Source of the DNA: Paracoccaceae bacterium
GTDB taxonomy: Bacteria > Pseudomonadota > Alphaproteobacteria > Rhodobacterales > Rhodobacteraceae
NCBI GenBank assembly: GCA_016937725.1
Contig: JAFGVZ010000078.1
Location: 1-50,151, forward strand
Direction: 5' to 3'
DNA: 50,151 nt
The translations under genes and the position numbers were made by a program. A model generated the notes under the pieces. That model was not told the origin of the DNA and did not search any database. It saw only the letters and a program-made list of their open reading frames with translations. This document shows, piece after piece, positions 10,291 to 19,596 of the stretch; position 1 is the first letter of the stretch; each line of letters opens with the position of its first letter.

Positions 10291-10301
10291 CTGCACTGCA
10301 A
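10291..10301 (+). promoter_or_regulatory. PhaR autoregulatory box
   Basis: CTGC-ACT-GCAA about 20 nt upstream of the phaR start. Confidence 0.55.
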
Positions 10302-10321
10302 AACCCAAGGGAGGGGGCCTC

Positions 10322-10864
10322 GTGTCACAAGACGCAAAACCGCTGCTGATCAAGCGTTATGCCAGTCGCCGACTGTATAACACCGAAACCAGCGACTATG
10401 TGACGCTAGAGGATATCGCGGGGTTCATCCGCGATGGGCGCGAAGTGCAGATTGTCGATCTGAAATCCGGCGATGACCTGACCCGCCAATACCTGCTTCA
10501 GATCGTGGCGGAACATGAAAGCCGCGGCGAAAGCGTGTTGCCGATAGAAGTGCTGACCGACCTTGTGCGCAGCTACACCACGCAAGCGCAAAGCGTTGTG
10601 CCGCAGTTTCTGGCCATGTCTTTTGAAATGCTGCGGGAAGGGCAATCCAAGATTGTCGAGAATATGGCCCGCGCCAACCCCATGGCAGCCATGCCCGGCT
10701 TTGAAGAGATGCAGCGCCAGCAACAGGCTTTCATGAAAACCATGATGACGGGCTGGCCTGGCGTGAAAGACAGCGACACGAAACCGTCTGGCGGTGACGA
10801 TCTGGACGATATCAAGAAGCAACTGGCCGAATTGCAGGACAAGCTGTCGAAGCTGAACAAGTAA
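10322..10864 (+). CDS. phaR: PHA synthesis repressor PhaR
   Basis: IKRYASRRLYNTETSDYVTLEDI and DLTRQYLLQI signatures; GTG start after GGGAGGGG. Confidence 0.95.
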   Translation: MSQDAKPLLIKRYASRRLYNTETSDYVTLEDIAGFIRDGREVQIVDLKSGDDLTRQYLLQIVAEHESRGESVLPIEVLTDLVRSYTTQAQSVVPQFLAMSFEMLREGQSKIVENMARANPMAAMPGFEEMQRQQQAFMKTMMTGWPGVKDSDTKPSGGDDLDDIKKQLAELQDKLSKLNK

Positions 10865-10867
10865 GCG

Positions 10868-12163
10868 CTAGACGCCCAAGCGATCACGCAGCGAAAACCA
10901 TGTCATGGCCAGCGCCAGAAGCGGGCTGCGCAGGGTTGGCCCGCCGGGAAAGCTGGGCAGGGGCAGCTTGCTCATCAGGTCAAAGCGCGCGCTTTGACCT
11001 GCAACCGTTTCGGCCAGAATGCGCCCTGCCAGCGTGGCCAAGGCCACGCCGTGCCCGGAATAACCAGAAGCCGACAAGATATTTGGTCCCACCCGCATGA
11101 AACAGGGCAGGCGGTTCATGGTAATTGCCAGTGTGCCGCCCCAAGCATAGTCAATGCGGGTGTCGGTAAGCTGCGGGAAGACCTGCAACATCGGCTTGCG
11201 CACCGTGCGGATCAAGTCGGGGAAGCGGTAGCCATAGCTTTCCCCACCGCCAAACAGCAGGCGGTTATCTTCGGACAGGCGGAAGTAGTTGATGACGAAT
11301 TTGCTGTCGGCCACCGCGTGATTGCCGGTCAAAACCGTGCCTTCGGGCAGGGGTTCGGTTGCAAGAATGAAATTGTTGATCGGCATGACCTTGGCGGCCA
11401 CTTGCGGCATCAACCGGCCCAGATAGCCGTTCGCGGCCAAGATCACATGATCGGCCTGCACATGCCCGGTCTGGGTGCGCACGATGGGTTTTGGACCCTC
11501 TTCGATGGCCACCACAAGCGCATTTTCATGGATGATTGCCCCCGCCGCCAGCGCCGCGCGGGCAAGGCTGAACGCATAGCGCAACGGGTGCAGATGCCCC
11601 GCGCCATGGTCCAGCATGCCGCCCTTATAACCCGGCGCCTTCACCAGCGCCTGAAGCTGCGCGCGGTCCAGCGGTTCCAAATCGGTATAGCCATAATCGC
11701 GCGCCAATTTCTCGGCATAGGCACGGGCATGGGGCAGGCCACTGTCATGCCAATCGGCATGGATGACACCCGGCGCAATTGGGCAATCCATAGCGTGGCG
11801 TTCCACTAGGTCATGGACCAGATCGCGCGCGTCCAGCCCGATTTGCCACAGGTGGCGCGCATCGTCGCGGCCCACCATCCGCTCGATTTCGTCCTGCTCT
11901 ATGCGCTGGCCCGGCCCGATTTGCCCGCCATTGCGGCCTGATGCTCCAAAGCCCACCCGGTGCGCTTCCAGCAGGCGCACAGAGAAACCGCGCTCTGCCA
12001 GATGCAGCGCGGCGGATAGCCCGGTATAGCCGCCGCCAATGACGCAAACATCTGCCTGAACGGCCCCTTTCAGCGCAGGCTGAACGAGCAGGGGCGTGGC
12101 GGTGGCCGCATAATAGCTGTCGGGGTAGTGCCCCGCGCGGTCATTTGCGAAGAGAAGGTTCAT
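10868..12163 (-). CDS. FAD-dependent oxidoreductase (gamma-glutamylputrescine oxidase PuuB/OrdL-like)
   Basis: GGGYTG Rossmann motif, GASGRNGG, GYSGHGV; ATGA overlap with the upstream GS-like gene. Confidence 0.85.
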   Translation of the reverse strand: MNLLFANDRAGHYPDSYYAATATPLLVQPALKGAVQADVCVIGGGYTGLSAALHLAERGFSVRLLEAHRVGFGASGRNGGQIGPGQRIEQDEIERMVGRDDARHLWQIGLDARDLVHDLVERHAMDCPIAPGVIHADWHDSGLPHARAYAEKLARDYGYTDLEPLDRAQLQALVKAPGYKGGMLDHGAGHLHPLRYAFSLARAALAAGAIIHENALVVAIEEGPKPIVRTQTGHVQADHVILAANGYLGRLMPQVAAKVMPINNFILATEPLPEGTVLTGNHAVADSKFVINYFRLSEDNRLLFGGGESYGYRFPDLIRTVRKPMLQVFPQLTDTRIDYAWGGTLAITMNRLPCFMRVGPNILSASGYSGHGVALATLAGRILAETVAGQSARFDLMSKLPLPSFPGGPTLRSPLLALAMTWFSLRDRLGV

Positions 12164-13515
12164 ACGTTCAGCAGCAGATGCTCGCGTTCCCAAGGGCTGA
12201 TGACCTGTAGAAACTCGTGATACTCGTCGCGTTTCACCGCGGCATAGGTTTTGCAGAATTCTGGGCCAAGAATGTCATGCAGCGCGGTCGCATCCTCGAA
12301 CAGGGACACGGCATCGCCCAACGTGCGGGGCAGTTCGTCCTCATCCATATAGGCGTTTGTGCGGCATTCCTCGCGCGGGCCTTGCTGTTCAATCAGCCCC
12401 AGATAGCCACAGGCCAGTGACGCGGCGATGCCCAAATAGGGGTTGCAATCCATCCCCGCCAGCCGGTTTTCCACGCGCCGCGCGTTCGGCGAGGAGATCG
12501 GAACGCGCAACCCCGTCGTGCGGTTGTCATGGCCCCATTCCAGGTTGATGGGGGCGGCGAAATCCGGGACATAGCGACGATAGCTGTTCACATAGGGGGC
12601 AATCAGCGCCACGGCGCTGGGCAGATGCCGCTGCAACCCGCCGATGAAATGCATGAACGCGTCCGTGCTGTCGCCCGTATCGGTCGAGAACAGGTTTTGC
12701 CCGGTGGACGTGTCCAGCACCGAATGGTGAATATGCATGGCGCTGCCCGGCTCGCCCTCTATGGGTTTGGCCATGAATGTGGCGAACATGTCGTGGCGCA
12801 GCGCGGCTTCGCGGATCATACGCTTGAAGTAAAAAACCTGATCGGCCAGCACCAAAGGATCGCCATGGGCCAAGTTAATCTCGACCTGACCCGCGCCGCC
12901 CTCTTGCAAGATGCCGTCAATCTCTAGCCCCATGGCTTCGGCGAAATCATAGATATCGTCGATCACCTTGCCATATTCATCGACCGCCGACATGGAATAG
13001 GCTTGCCGCGCCGCCGCGCGCCGCCCGGTGCGGCCCATGGGCGGGATGATGGGCATATTCGGATCAAGGTTGCGGGCGACGAAGAAGAATTCCATTTCTG
13101 GCGCAACGACAGGCTGCCAGCCCTTGTCACGGTAGAGTTGCAGCACCCGTTTCAGCACGTTGCGCGGTGCGGTCGGGATCGGGGCACCATGGGCGTCCTC
13201 TGCATCGTGGATAATCTGAAGCGTCCAATCAGCCGTCCAGGGCGCGGCGGTCGCGGTCGAAAAATCGGGCCGCATGATCATGTCAGGTTCCAGATCGGCC
13301 CCGTCCCGGAAATCGGCCCAGCCGCCCGTGATGGTTTGCAGAAAAATTGACGTTGGAAGGTAATATTTCGCACTTTCATCGAATTTGAATGCGGGCATAG
13401 CTTTGCCACGCGCCACACCGGCCATATCGGCGATAATGCATTCGACCTCGTCCAAGCGGCGCCCTTCCAAAAAATCGCGCGCGGCTTGAGGGATTTGATT
13501 TCGCCAGCTTGTCAT
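12160..13515 (-). CDS. Glutamine synthetase family protein (gamma-glutamyl-amine ligase, PuuA-like)
   Basis: GVARGK, PEMEFF, GQVEINL, TFMAKP, GSAMHIH, NSYRRY, RVENR motifs. Confidence 0.9.
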   Translation of the reverse strand: MTSWRNQIPQAARDFLEGRRLDEVECIIADMAGVARGKAMPAFKFDESAKYYLPTSIFLQTITGGWADFRDGADLEPDMIMRPDFSTATAAPWTADWTLQIIHDAEDAHGAPIPTAPRNVLKRVLQLYRDKGWQPVVAPEMEFFFVARNLDPNMPIIPPMGRTGRRAAARQAYSMSAVDEYGKVIDDIYDFAEAMGLEIDGILQEGGAGQVEINLAHGDPLVLADQVFYFKRMIREAALRHDMFATFMAKPIEGEPGSAMHIHHSVLDTSTGQNLFSTDTGDSTDAFMHFIGGLQRHLPSAVALIAPYVNSYRRYVPDFAAPINLEWGHDNRTTGLRVPISSPNARRVENRLAGMDCNPYLGIAASLACGYLGLIEQQGPREECRTNAYMDEDELPRTLGDAVSLFEDATALHDILGPEFCKTYAAVKRDEYHEFLQVISPWEREHLLLNV

Positions 13516-14198
13516 GCTTGCACCTGTGCGTGTTCCTTGAAGAAGCTGGCAATGCGGGTGGCCAAGGGGCCGCTCTCGGCACTGCCCAGCCCTGCCTTGG
13601 CTCGGGTCAGCAGGTCATCTGGAACCACGCCACGCCCACGATGGTCGATCAGCCCCTCAATGACCTTATCCTGAAATTCTGGATGGGCCTGCACTGAAAA
13701 CCCTTGGCCCGGATATAGCAGCGCGGCATGGGCGCAAAATTCGTTGCTGGCCACGGTTTGCGCGCCTTCGGGCGGCGTGATGACCTGATCCTGATGCCAT
13801 GCATTCAGCTGCACCGGCCCCGTGTCGAACCGATAGTCCTGCGCACCCACCGCCCAGCCGCCAGCAAACTTCTCGACCTGCCCGCCAAGCGCTTGCGCCA
13901 TGATCTGATGGCCAAAACAAACGCCAACCACCGGCACATGCGCGGCAAAGGCGTTGCGGATGAAGTGTTCGAGCACCGGGATGAAGGCATGATCTTCGTA
14001 AACCCCATGGCGTGACCCGGTGATCAGCCAACCATCGGCGTCTTGCACGGTCGCGGGAAAATCCATTCCCTCGACATGCCATGTTTCAAACGTGAAGCCG
14101 TGATCCGCCAGCAGTTGCGTGAACATGGAAGGATATTGGCCAAGCTCTGCGCTCAGCACATCGGGCAAGCGCCCGCATTCTAGGATACCGATTTTCAT
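13512..14198 (-). CDS. Type 1 glutamine amidotransferase (probable gamma-glutamyl hydrolase)
   Basis: ITGS, GVCFGHQ catalytic Cys, HPEF His-Glu. Confidence 0.88.
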   Translation of the reverse strand: MKIGILECGRLPDVLSAELGQYPSMFTQLLADHGFTFETWHVEGMDFPATVQDADGWLITGSRHGVYEDHAFIPVLEHFIRNAFAAHVPVVGVCFGHQIMAQALGGQVEKFAGGWAVGAQDYRFDTGPVQLNAWHQDQVITPPEGAQTVASNEFCAHAALLYPGQGFSVQAHPEFQDKVIEGLIDHRGRGVVPDDLLTRAKAGLGSAESGPLATRIASFFKEHAQVQA

Positions 14199-14276
14199 GG
14201 TATGGGTCTTTCGGGACTAAGCTGTCGCAAGGCTAACGCGCGCCCAAGCTACACGCAAGGGCGTCACCGCCGCGCG

Positions 14277-15611
14277 CTAGAGGCTGTCCAGATAAAGCGT
14301 TTGCAAGTCTTGCGGGCTGAGCGCCGAGAGCACGTCAATCTCTTGCTGCTTGGTGCGGGTGAAATTGTCGATCAGCCGCGCGGGAAACAGCCGTTGCATA
14401 TGCTTGGAGCTTGCGAACTGCGTGACCGCGCCCTGCCAAGTGTCTGGGATTTGGGGCAATTCTTGCGTATAGGCGTTTCCGGTCAGTGGGGCAGGGGGGG
14501 TGATCTTGTCGGCCAGCCCAAGCTCCATCCCGCCAAGAATAGCGGCCAAGACCAGATAAGGGTTGGCATCGCCCCCCGGCACACGGTGTTCCAGCCGCCG
14601 TGCGGCAGGTGGTCCATTTGGCACCCGGATAGAAGCGGTGCGGTTTTCATAGGCCCAGCCAATGCCCGTTGGGGCATGCGCGCCCGGCACCAGCCGGTCA
14701 TAGCTGCCTGCATGCGGCGCAAAGATCAACGTGGCGTCGGCCATGCTGGCCAGCACCCCACCAATGGCATGGCGTAGCGCGTCCGAACCTTGGGCCGATC
14801 CATCGTCGAAAATGTTGCGCCCGTCCCGGTCCAGAAGCGAGGCATGCACATGCAATCCGTTGCCGGACGCGTCAGGGTAAGGCTTGGCCATGAAAGACGC
14901 TGCAAAACCATGGGCGCGGGCCAGTCGGCGCACCAGAAGTTTGAACAGCCACGTGTCATCGGCCATGCGCAGCGGGTCCGCGCCGTGGTTCAGGTTAATC
15001 TCGAACTGGCCCGGCCCGGCTTCCGAGGTTGCGGTGTCGGCGTCTATGCCCAGCGCGTCGCACCCTTCATAAAGCGCATCGAAAAAGCTGTTGAACGCAT
15101 CCATGACTTGCATCGAGAGCGTGGCCGCCCCCCATCCGCGTCGGCCCGTAATGGGGTTCGACGGTGGCTGGAACGGGCCTTCGCTGTCGTCGATCAGGTA
15201 GAATTCCAGCTCTGTTGCGGTCACGGCGGTCAGGCCTTGGGCCGCCAGCCTGTCGACCACGGACGCAAGCGCATGGCGCGCATCGCCCGCGAAAGGCGTG
15301 CCATCTTCGCGGTGCATGGCCATGGGCAGCATCGCGGCTTCCGGCCCGATCCATGGCATCGGCAACAAGCCGCGCGGGGTAGGGCGCAGGAAGCCATCGG
15401 CATCGCCCGTGTCAAAGACCAACGGGCTGTCTTCGATATCGTTGCCGCGAATATCCAGATTGAGCGTGGAAAGCGGCATCTTCGCGTCGCCAGTCATCAG
15501 CTTTGGCAAGGCTTGTGGTGACATGCGCTTGGCCCGGGCCACCCCGTTCAGGTCTGGAATGACGATGCGGATCTGGCGCAGAGCGTCGGGGTCAGGATGG
15601 ATGGCAGGCAT
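14277..15611 (-). CDS. Glutamine synthetase family protein (second gamma-glutamyl ligase)
   Basis: TELEFY, EAGPGQFEINL, SFMAKP, GNGLHVH, ENRTASIR, LEHRVPG motifs. Confidence 0.88.
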   Translation of the reverse strand: MPAIHPDPDALRQIRIVIPDLNGVARAKRMSPQALPKLMTGDAKMPLSTLNLDIRGNDIEDSPLVFDTGDADGFLRPTPRGLLPMPWIGPEAAMLPMAMHREDGTPFAGDARHALASVVDRLAAQGLTAVTATELEFYLIDDSEGPFQPPSNPITGRRGWGAATLSMQVMDAFNSFFDALYEGCDALGIDADTATSEAGPGQFEINLNHGADPLRMADDTWLFKLLVRRLARAHGFAASFMAKPYPDASGNGLHVHASLLDRDGRNIFDDGSAQGSDALRHAIGGVLASMADATLIFAPHAGSYDRLVPGAHAPTGIGWAYENRTASIRVPNGPPAARRLEHRVPGGDANPYLVLAAILGGMELGLADKITPPAPLTGNAYTQELPQIPDTWQGAVTQFASSKHMQRLFPARLIDNFTRTKQQEIDVLSALSPQDLQTLYLDSL

Positions 15612-15614
15612 GGA

Positions 15615-16466
15615 TCACCGAATATATTGCGGACGGAACCGAAAGCGCGGGCGGCGGGCCTGCGGCAGGTGGCGGTTCAAGCGCCGCCCAACCAGCCCAT
15701 ACCCTGCCACGATCAGAAGTGTAAGGGCCACGAAATAAGCGGCCACTAGCGGATAGGCGACGAACGGGTTGAAGGTCTGATCCACGAAATAGCGGGCGTA
15801 ATAGAATGCCTCGCCCACCTGTTGACGGGCGGGGAAGGCAGACAGAAACACCAAGGTTGTCGAATGTGTCAGGAAGATCGCTTCATTGGTGTAGCTGGGC
15901 CATGACAGCCGCAACATGTTTGGGAAAATCACGCGGCGGAACTTGGTCCAACCCTGCATGCCATAGGCATCTGCCGCTTCCAGATCGCCCTTCGGGATGG
16001 ATTGCAACGCGCCGTGGAACAATTCGGCGGAATAGGCGGTCGTGTTCAGCACAAGCACGAACAGCCCGCCCACCTGTGCCGTGGTCAGCGCCGAGGTGTC
16101 GACCGTCAGCGTGACAAAGCCCAAGGGAATGTCGATTCCGCTTCGGGGCAACAGCACGAAAGCCGCGTAGAAAAAGAAGAACTGGATGAACAGCGGCGAG
16201 CCTCGGAACACGAAGATGAATCCGCTCGCGGGACGCGACAGCCAAGGGTTTTGACTGAACCGCGCCATGGCAACGCCGACGGCCAATCCAAACCCGATCG
16301 CGATGGCAAGGCCCGCGAAATAGATGTTCCACATCAGGCCAGAGCCGATCAGAAACACTTGATCGCAAAAAGTAATGTCCAGCCCACGCGGCAACAGCCG
16401 TTCGCCATAATCGCGGCCAAGCGCGCGCAAGCCATACGCTTCAAAGCTTTCCCAGCACGTCCTCAT
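15615..16466 (-). CDS. Polar amino acid ABC transporter permease
   Basis: FRGSPLFIQ and EAA loop (DLEAADAYGM); hydrophobic. Confidence 0.88.
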   Translation of the reverse strand: MRTCWESFEAYGLRALGRDYGERLLPRGLDITFCDQVFLIGSGLMWNIYFAGLAIAIGFGLAVGVAMARFSQNPWLSRPASGFIFVFRGSPLFIQFFFFYAAFVLLPRSGIDIPLGFVTLTVDTSALTTAQVGGLFVLVLNTTAYSAELFHGALQSIPKGDLEAADAYGMQGWTKFRRVIFPNMLRLSWPSYTNEAIFLTHSTTLVFLSAFPARQQVGEAFYYARYFVDQTFNPFVAYPLVAAYFVALTLLIVAGYGLVGRRLNRHLPQARRPRFRFRPQYIR

Positions 16467-17344
16467 GCGCCCGCCTTTCGCAGCCGCTCACCCGCTGCGG
16501 TGGCTTGGCCATGCGACAGACGGCGGCCCAGCCATGCAAAGACGCGCTCGCTGATCCATGTCAGGAACAAGTATAAGACCAGTAGCGCCAGGAAATACCA
16601 CATCCGCCAGTCGGGGTGCGGGTAGCTGAAAAGCGAGGTCTTCTGCCCGCCAAGCTCTCGCGCCCAATAGACGATATCTTGTAGCCCCAACAGGAACAAA
16701 AGCGGCGTCGCCTTGATCAGGATTTGCCAGATATTCGATAGGCCGGGCAGCGCATAGACCCACATTTGCGGCAGCACCACCCGGCGAAAGGCTTGGCGGC
16801 GCGACATGCCATAGGCTTCGGCGGTTTCCACCTGCGCGCGCGGCACAGCCTGCATGGCACCATGCAGCGTGTTGGCGACGAACGCGCCAAAGACCATTGC
16901 GAAGGCCAGCACCGCCATCCCGAAAGAATAGGCGGTATACATCCATTGCGGTGAGCCGTTCGGCGGCAGTTTCGCTTCTGGGCAGACAAGGAAATCGGTG
17001 CCTTGGCGGATCGGCTCTGTCCAGTCTGGACAGCGCGCTTGGTGCAGCATCCATTCAAGCCCTTGACCCAAAGCGATAGGCACGAACAGGAAAAATACGA
17101 TATCGGGCACACCGCGCACGATATTGACGTAGACCTTGCCGAAAGCGACCAAGGGCAGGAAGCGCGCGCGCAGGGCTAAAGCCCCAAGCATGCCCATGCC
17201 AAGCGCCGCAGGTGCGGTAACGGCCAACAAGACCAGCACCAGCAGGAACGCCCAGTAAAAGTTCAGATGGGTCGCGGATGTCAGGTAGCAGGCGAACCAG
17301 TCGAAGCCTTCAAGGACAGAGGGGTCAGAGCAAAAGCTGAACAT
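16463..17344 (-). CDS. Polar amino acid ABC transporter permease
   Basis: VRGVPDIV, EAA-like loop QVETAEAYGMS, ALPGLSN. Confidence 0.88.
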   Translation of the reverse strand: MFSFCSDPSVLEGFDWFACYLTSATHLNFYWAFLLVLVLLAVTAPAALGMGMLGALALRARFLPLVAFGKVYVNIVRGVPDIVFFLFVPIALGQGLEWMLHQARCPDWTEPIRQGTDFLVCPEAKLPPNGSPQWMYTAYSFGMAVLAFAMVFGAFVANTLHGAMQAVPRAQVETAEAYGMSRRQAFRRVVLPQMWVYALPGLSNIWQILIKATPLLFLLGLQDIVYWARELGGQKTSLFSYPHPDWRMWYFLALLVLYLFLTWISERVFAWLGRRLSHGQATAAGERLRKAGA

Positions 17345-17359
17345 GCGCGCGGGCGGTGC

Positions 17360-17384
17360 TGCGGGGCCTGTGGGTGGCCCCGCA
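17360..17384. other. Intercistronic stem-loop after the solute-binding protein gene (mRNA stabiliser/attenuator)
   Basis: tgcggggcc-N7-ggccccgca 9-bp stem without a U-tract. Confidence 0.5.
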
Positions 17385-17392
17385 AGCGTGCC

Positions 17393-18130
17393 TTACTCGA
17401 ACAGAGGTGCTTCTTCGCCAAACCACTTGGTGATCATGGCGTTCAGCGAGCCGTCGGCTTTCATTTCGGTAATCACACCATCGAAGGTTGCGCGCAGCGC
17501 GTCGTCGCTTTGGCGGGTGCCAACACCGATCCCGTCGCCCAGCAGCACGTCATCGCCCAAGAAGACCAGCTCGCCCGCCGAGTCGGTCACATAGGGGTCG
17601 AGGAAGGCCTTGTCGGCCAGAACCGCGTCAACTTCGCCGTTGCGCAGCGCGGCGATGGTTTCGTCTGGCGTCGGGAATTCCAGCAGGTCGGCGTCGGATT
17701 CCGCGATATAGCCCGCCTGAATGGTGCCGGATTGTGCCGCGACAACGCCCGTCATGGTCGCCGCCGGATCAGCACCGGCCAGCCCGATAAAGGCCGAAGG
17801 TTCCGGCTGTAGGTAGTTCTGGCTGAAAGAGATGACCTCTTTGCGCGCCTCGGTAATGCTCATGCCGGCCATGATCGTATCGTAATTGCCCGACACGAGG
17901 TTGGGAATGATCGTGTCCCAATCATTGATGACCCATTCGCATGTCAGGCCCGCGCGCTCGCAGATCGCGTCGCCCAATTCGCGCTCGAACCCGTCCAACT
18001 CGCCCGTGGCATCGTTGATGAAGTTATACGGAGGGTAGGCCCCTTCCGACCCCATGCGCACCACATCTTGCGCCATCGCAGCGCTTGCCCCGAAGGCCGC
18101 CAGCGACAGGCCAAGGATCAGTTTTTTCAT
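17393..18130 (-). CDS. Polar amino acid ABC transporter substrate-binding protein (family 3)
   Basis: Signal peptide; EGAYPPYNF, GMSITEAR and TKWF motifs. Confidence 0.92.
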   Translation of the reverse strand: MKKLILGLSLAAFGASAAMAQDVVRMGSEGAYPPYNFINDATGELDGFERELGDAICERAGLTCEWVINDWDTIIPNLVSGNYDTIMAGMSITEARKEVISFSQNYLQPEPSAFIGLAGADPAATMTGVVAAQSGTIQAGYIAESDADLLEFPTPDETIAALRNGEVDAVLADKAFLDPYVTDSAGELVFLGDDVLLGDGIGVGTRQSDDALRATFDGVITEMKADGSLNAMITKWFGEEAPLFE

Positions 18131-18156
18131 TGTGTTACTCCCGGTTGGTTTTTTGG

Positions 18157-18930
18157 TTAGTTGGGTTGGCTATGGCTGAGGAATTGCTTCAGCCGCTCGG
18201 ATTGCGGATTGCCGAACAAGGTATCGGGTGGTCCCTCTTCCTCTATGCGGCCATCATGCAAAAAGACAACATGGCTCGACACATCGGCGGCCATCCGCAT
18301 GTCATGGGTCACGATCAGCATGGTGCGGCCTTCTTGCGCCAGCGCCTTGATCACGCGCACCACTTCCTGCTCCAGTTCGGGATCGAGCGCAGAGGTCGGT
18401 TCATCGAACAGCAAAGCGCGCGGTTCCATGCACAGCGCGCGGGCAATCGCGGCGCGTTGCTGCTGCCCGCCCGACATCTGCGCCGGGTAAACATCGGCCT
18501 TGTCGCCAATGCCCACTTTGTCCAACAGCGAACGCGCGCGGGGTTCGACCTGTGCGCGGTCTTGCTTCAGCACATGCAACGGCGCTTCCATCACGTTTTG
18601 CAACACGCTCAGATGTGACCACAGGTTGAAGCTCTGGAATACCATCGACAGATTGGTGCGAATGCGCGTGACCTGCGCGCGGTCGGCGGGCTGGCGATTG
18701 GCCCCCGCGCCGCGCCATTGCACGGGTTCGCCTTCGAACAGAATGTCGCCTTGCTGGCTGTCTTCCAACAGGTTGCAGCAGCGCAGTAGCGTGGATTTCC
18801 CCGACCCGGACGACCCTATAAGCGAAATGACATCACCCTTCTGGGCTGCAAGGCTGACGCCCTTCAGAACTTCCAGCGGCCCATAGGCCTTGTGCAACTC
18901 GCGGATCTCTATGACAGGCGTGTCGGGCAT
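18157..18930 (-). CDS. Polar amino acid ABC transporter ATP-binding protein (HisP-like)
   Basis: Walker A GSSGSGKST, MSGGQQQR, LFDEPTSALD, VTHD. Confidence 0.94.
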   Translation of the reverse strand: MPDTPVIEIRELHKAYGPLEVLKGVSLAAQKGDVISLIGSSGSGKSTLLRCCNLLEDSQQGDILFEGEPVQWRGAGANRQPADRAQVTRIRTNLSMVFQSFNLWSHLSVLQNVMEAPLHVLKQDRAQVEPRARSLLDKVGIGDKADVYPAQMSGGQQQRAAIARALCMEPRALLFDEPTSALDPELEQEVVRVIKALAQEGRTMLIVTHDMRMAADVSSHVVFLHDGRIEEEGPPDTLFGNPQSERLKQFLSHSQPN

Positions 18931-19038
18931 GTGACCTTGCTGACGTAACGTGACAGCCATTTCTGCCCAATTTTAACGCATTGGCAAGGGTGCTCGCGCC
19001 CCTTGCCGTTTGGTGACGCAGCGTCGTGCGGCCTGTGC

Positions 19039-19464
19039 CTAGTTGTTGCGCAACCCCGGCCAGTTCGCTTCGGCCCGCATGATGAAGCCGGGACTATCCC
19101 GCTCCCACCGGCGCTGAATGCGACGGTTGGCGTTCAGGTAAAGCTTGCCATCGACAATGGCCCAAGCATTCGGGTCGATCGGGACCAGATAGCCCTCGGC
19201 CACGGCCCATGCGCAATAGCCATTATATTGCGGGGCGTAGCGGGTCGGGTTGGCGGCGAATAGATCGCGGTTGGCAGCGGTTGCGAAATGCCAGCGTTTG
19301 CCGTCCCAATCCAAACTATGCGCGGCGCTGCCTTGACGCGGCGCGCCAGTCGTAAAATAGGCAACCGGGTCGTAGCCCTCCAGCATGGGGGCCGCTTGGG
19401 CGAACAGCCGCGATGCGGGAAGGGCCAGAAGCGGGGCGGCCAGCACGGCGCGTCGAGAGAGCAT
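19039..19464 (-). CDS. YHS-domain periplasmic protein, Tat signal
   Basis: MLSRRAVL signal; GYDPVAYF, WHFATAANRDLF, PQYNGYCAW, IVDGKLYL. Confidence 0.82.
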   Translation of the reverse strand: MLSRRAVLAAPLLALPASRLFAQAAPMLEGYDPVAYFTTGAPRQGSAAHSLDWDGKRWHFATAANRDLFAANPTRYAPQYNGYCAWAVAEGYLVPIDPNAWAIVDGKLYLNANRRIQRRWERDSPGFIMRAEANWPGLRNN

Positions 19465-19596
19465 CCTATCCTCCAAATTGACTACATCACCTTACGCAAC
19501 CGCGTGCCAAATCATAACATCACCCTTGTGTGAATGGCTTGCGACAGGGACTTTGCGGCTGTAGGTGTCAGGCCAAACAGATCAGGAGCAACTCTC

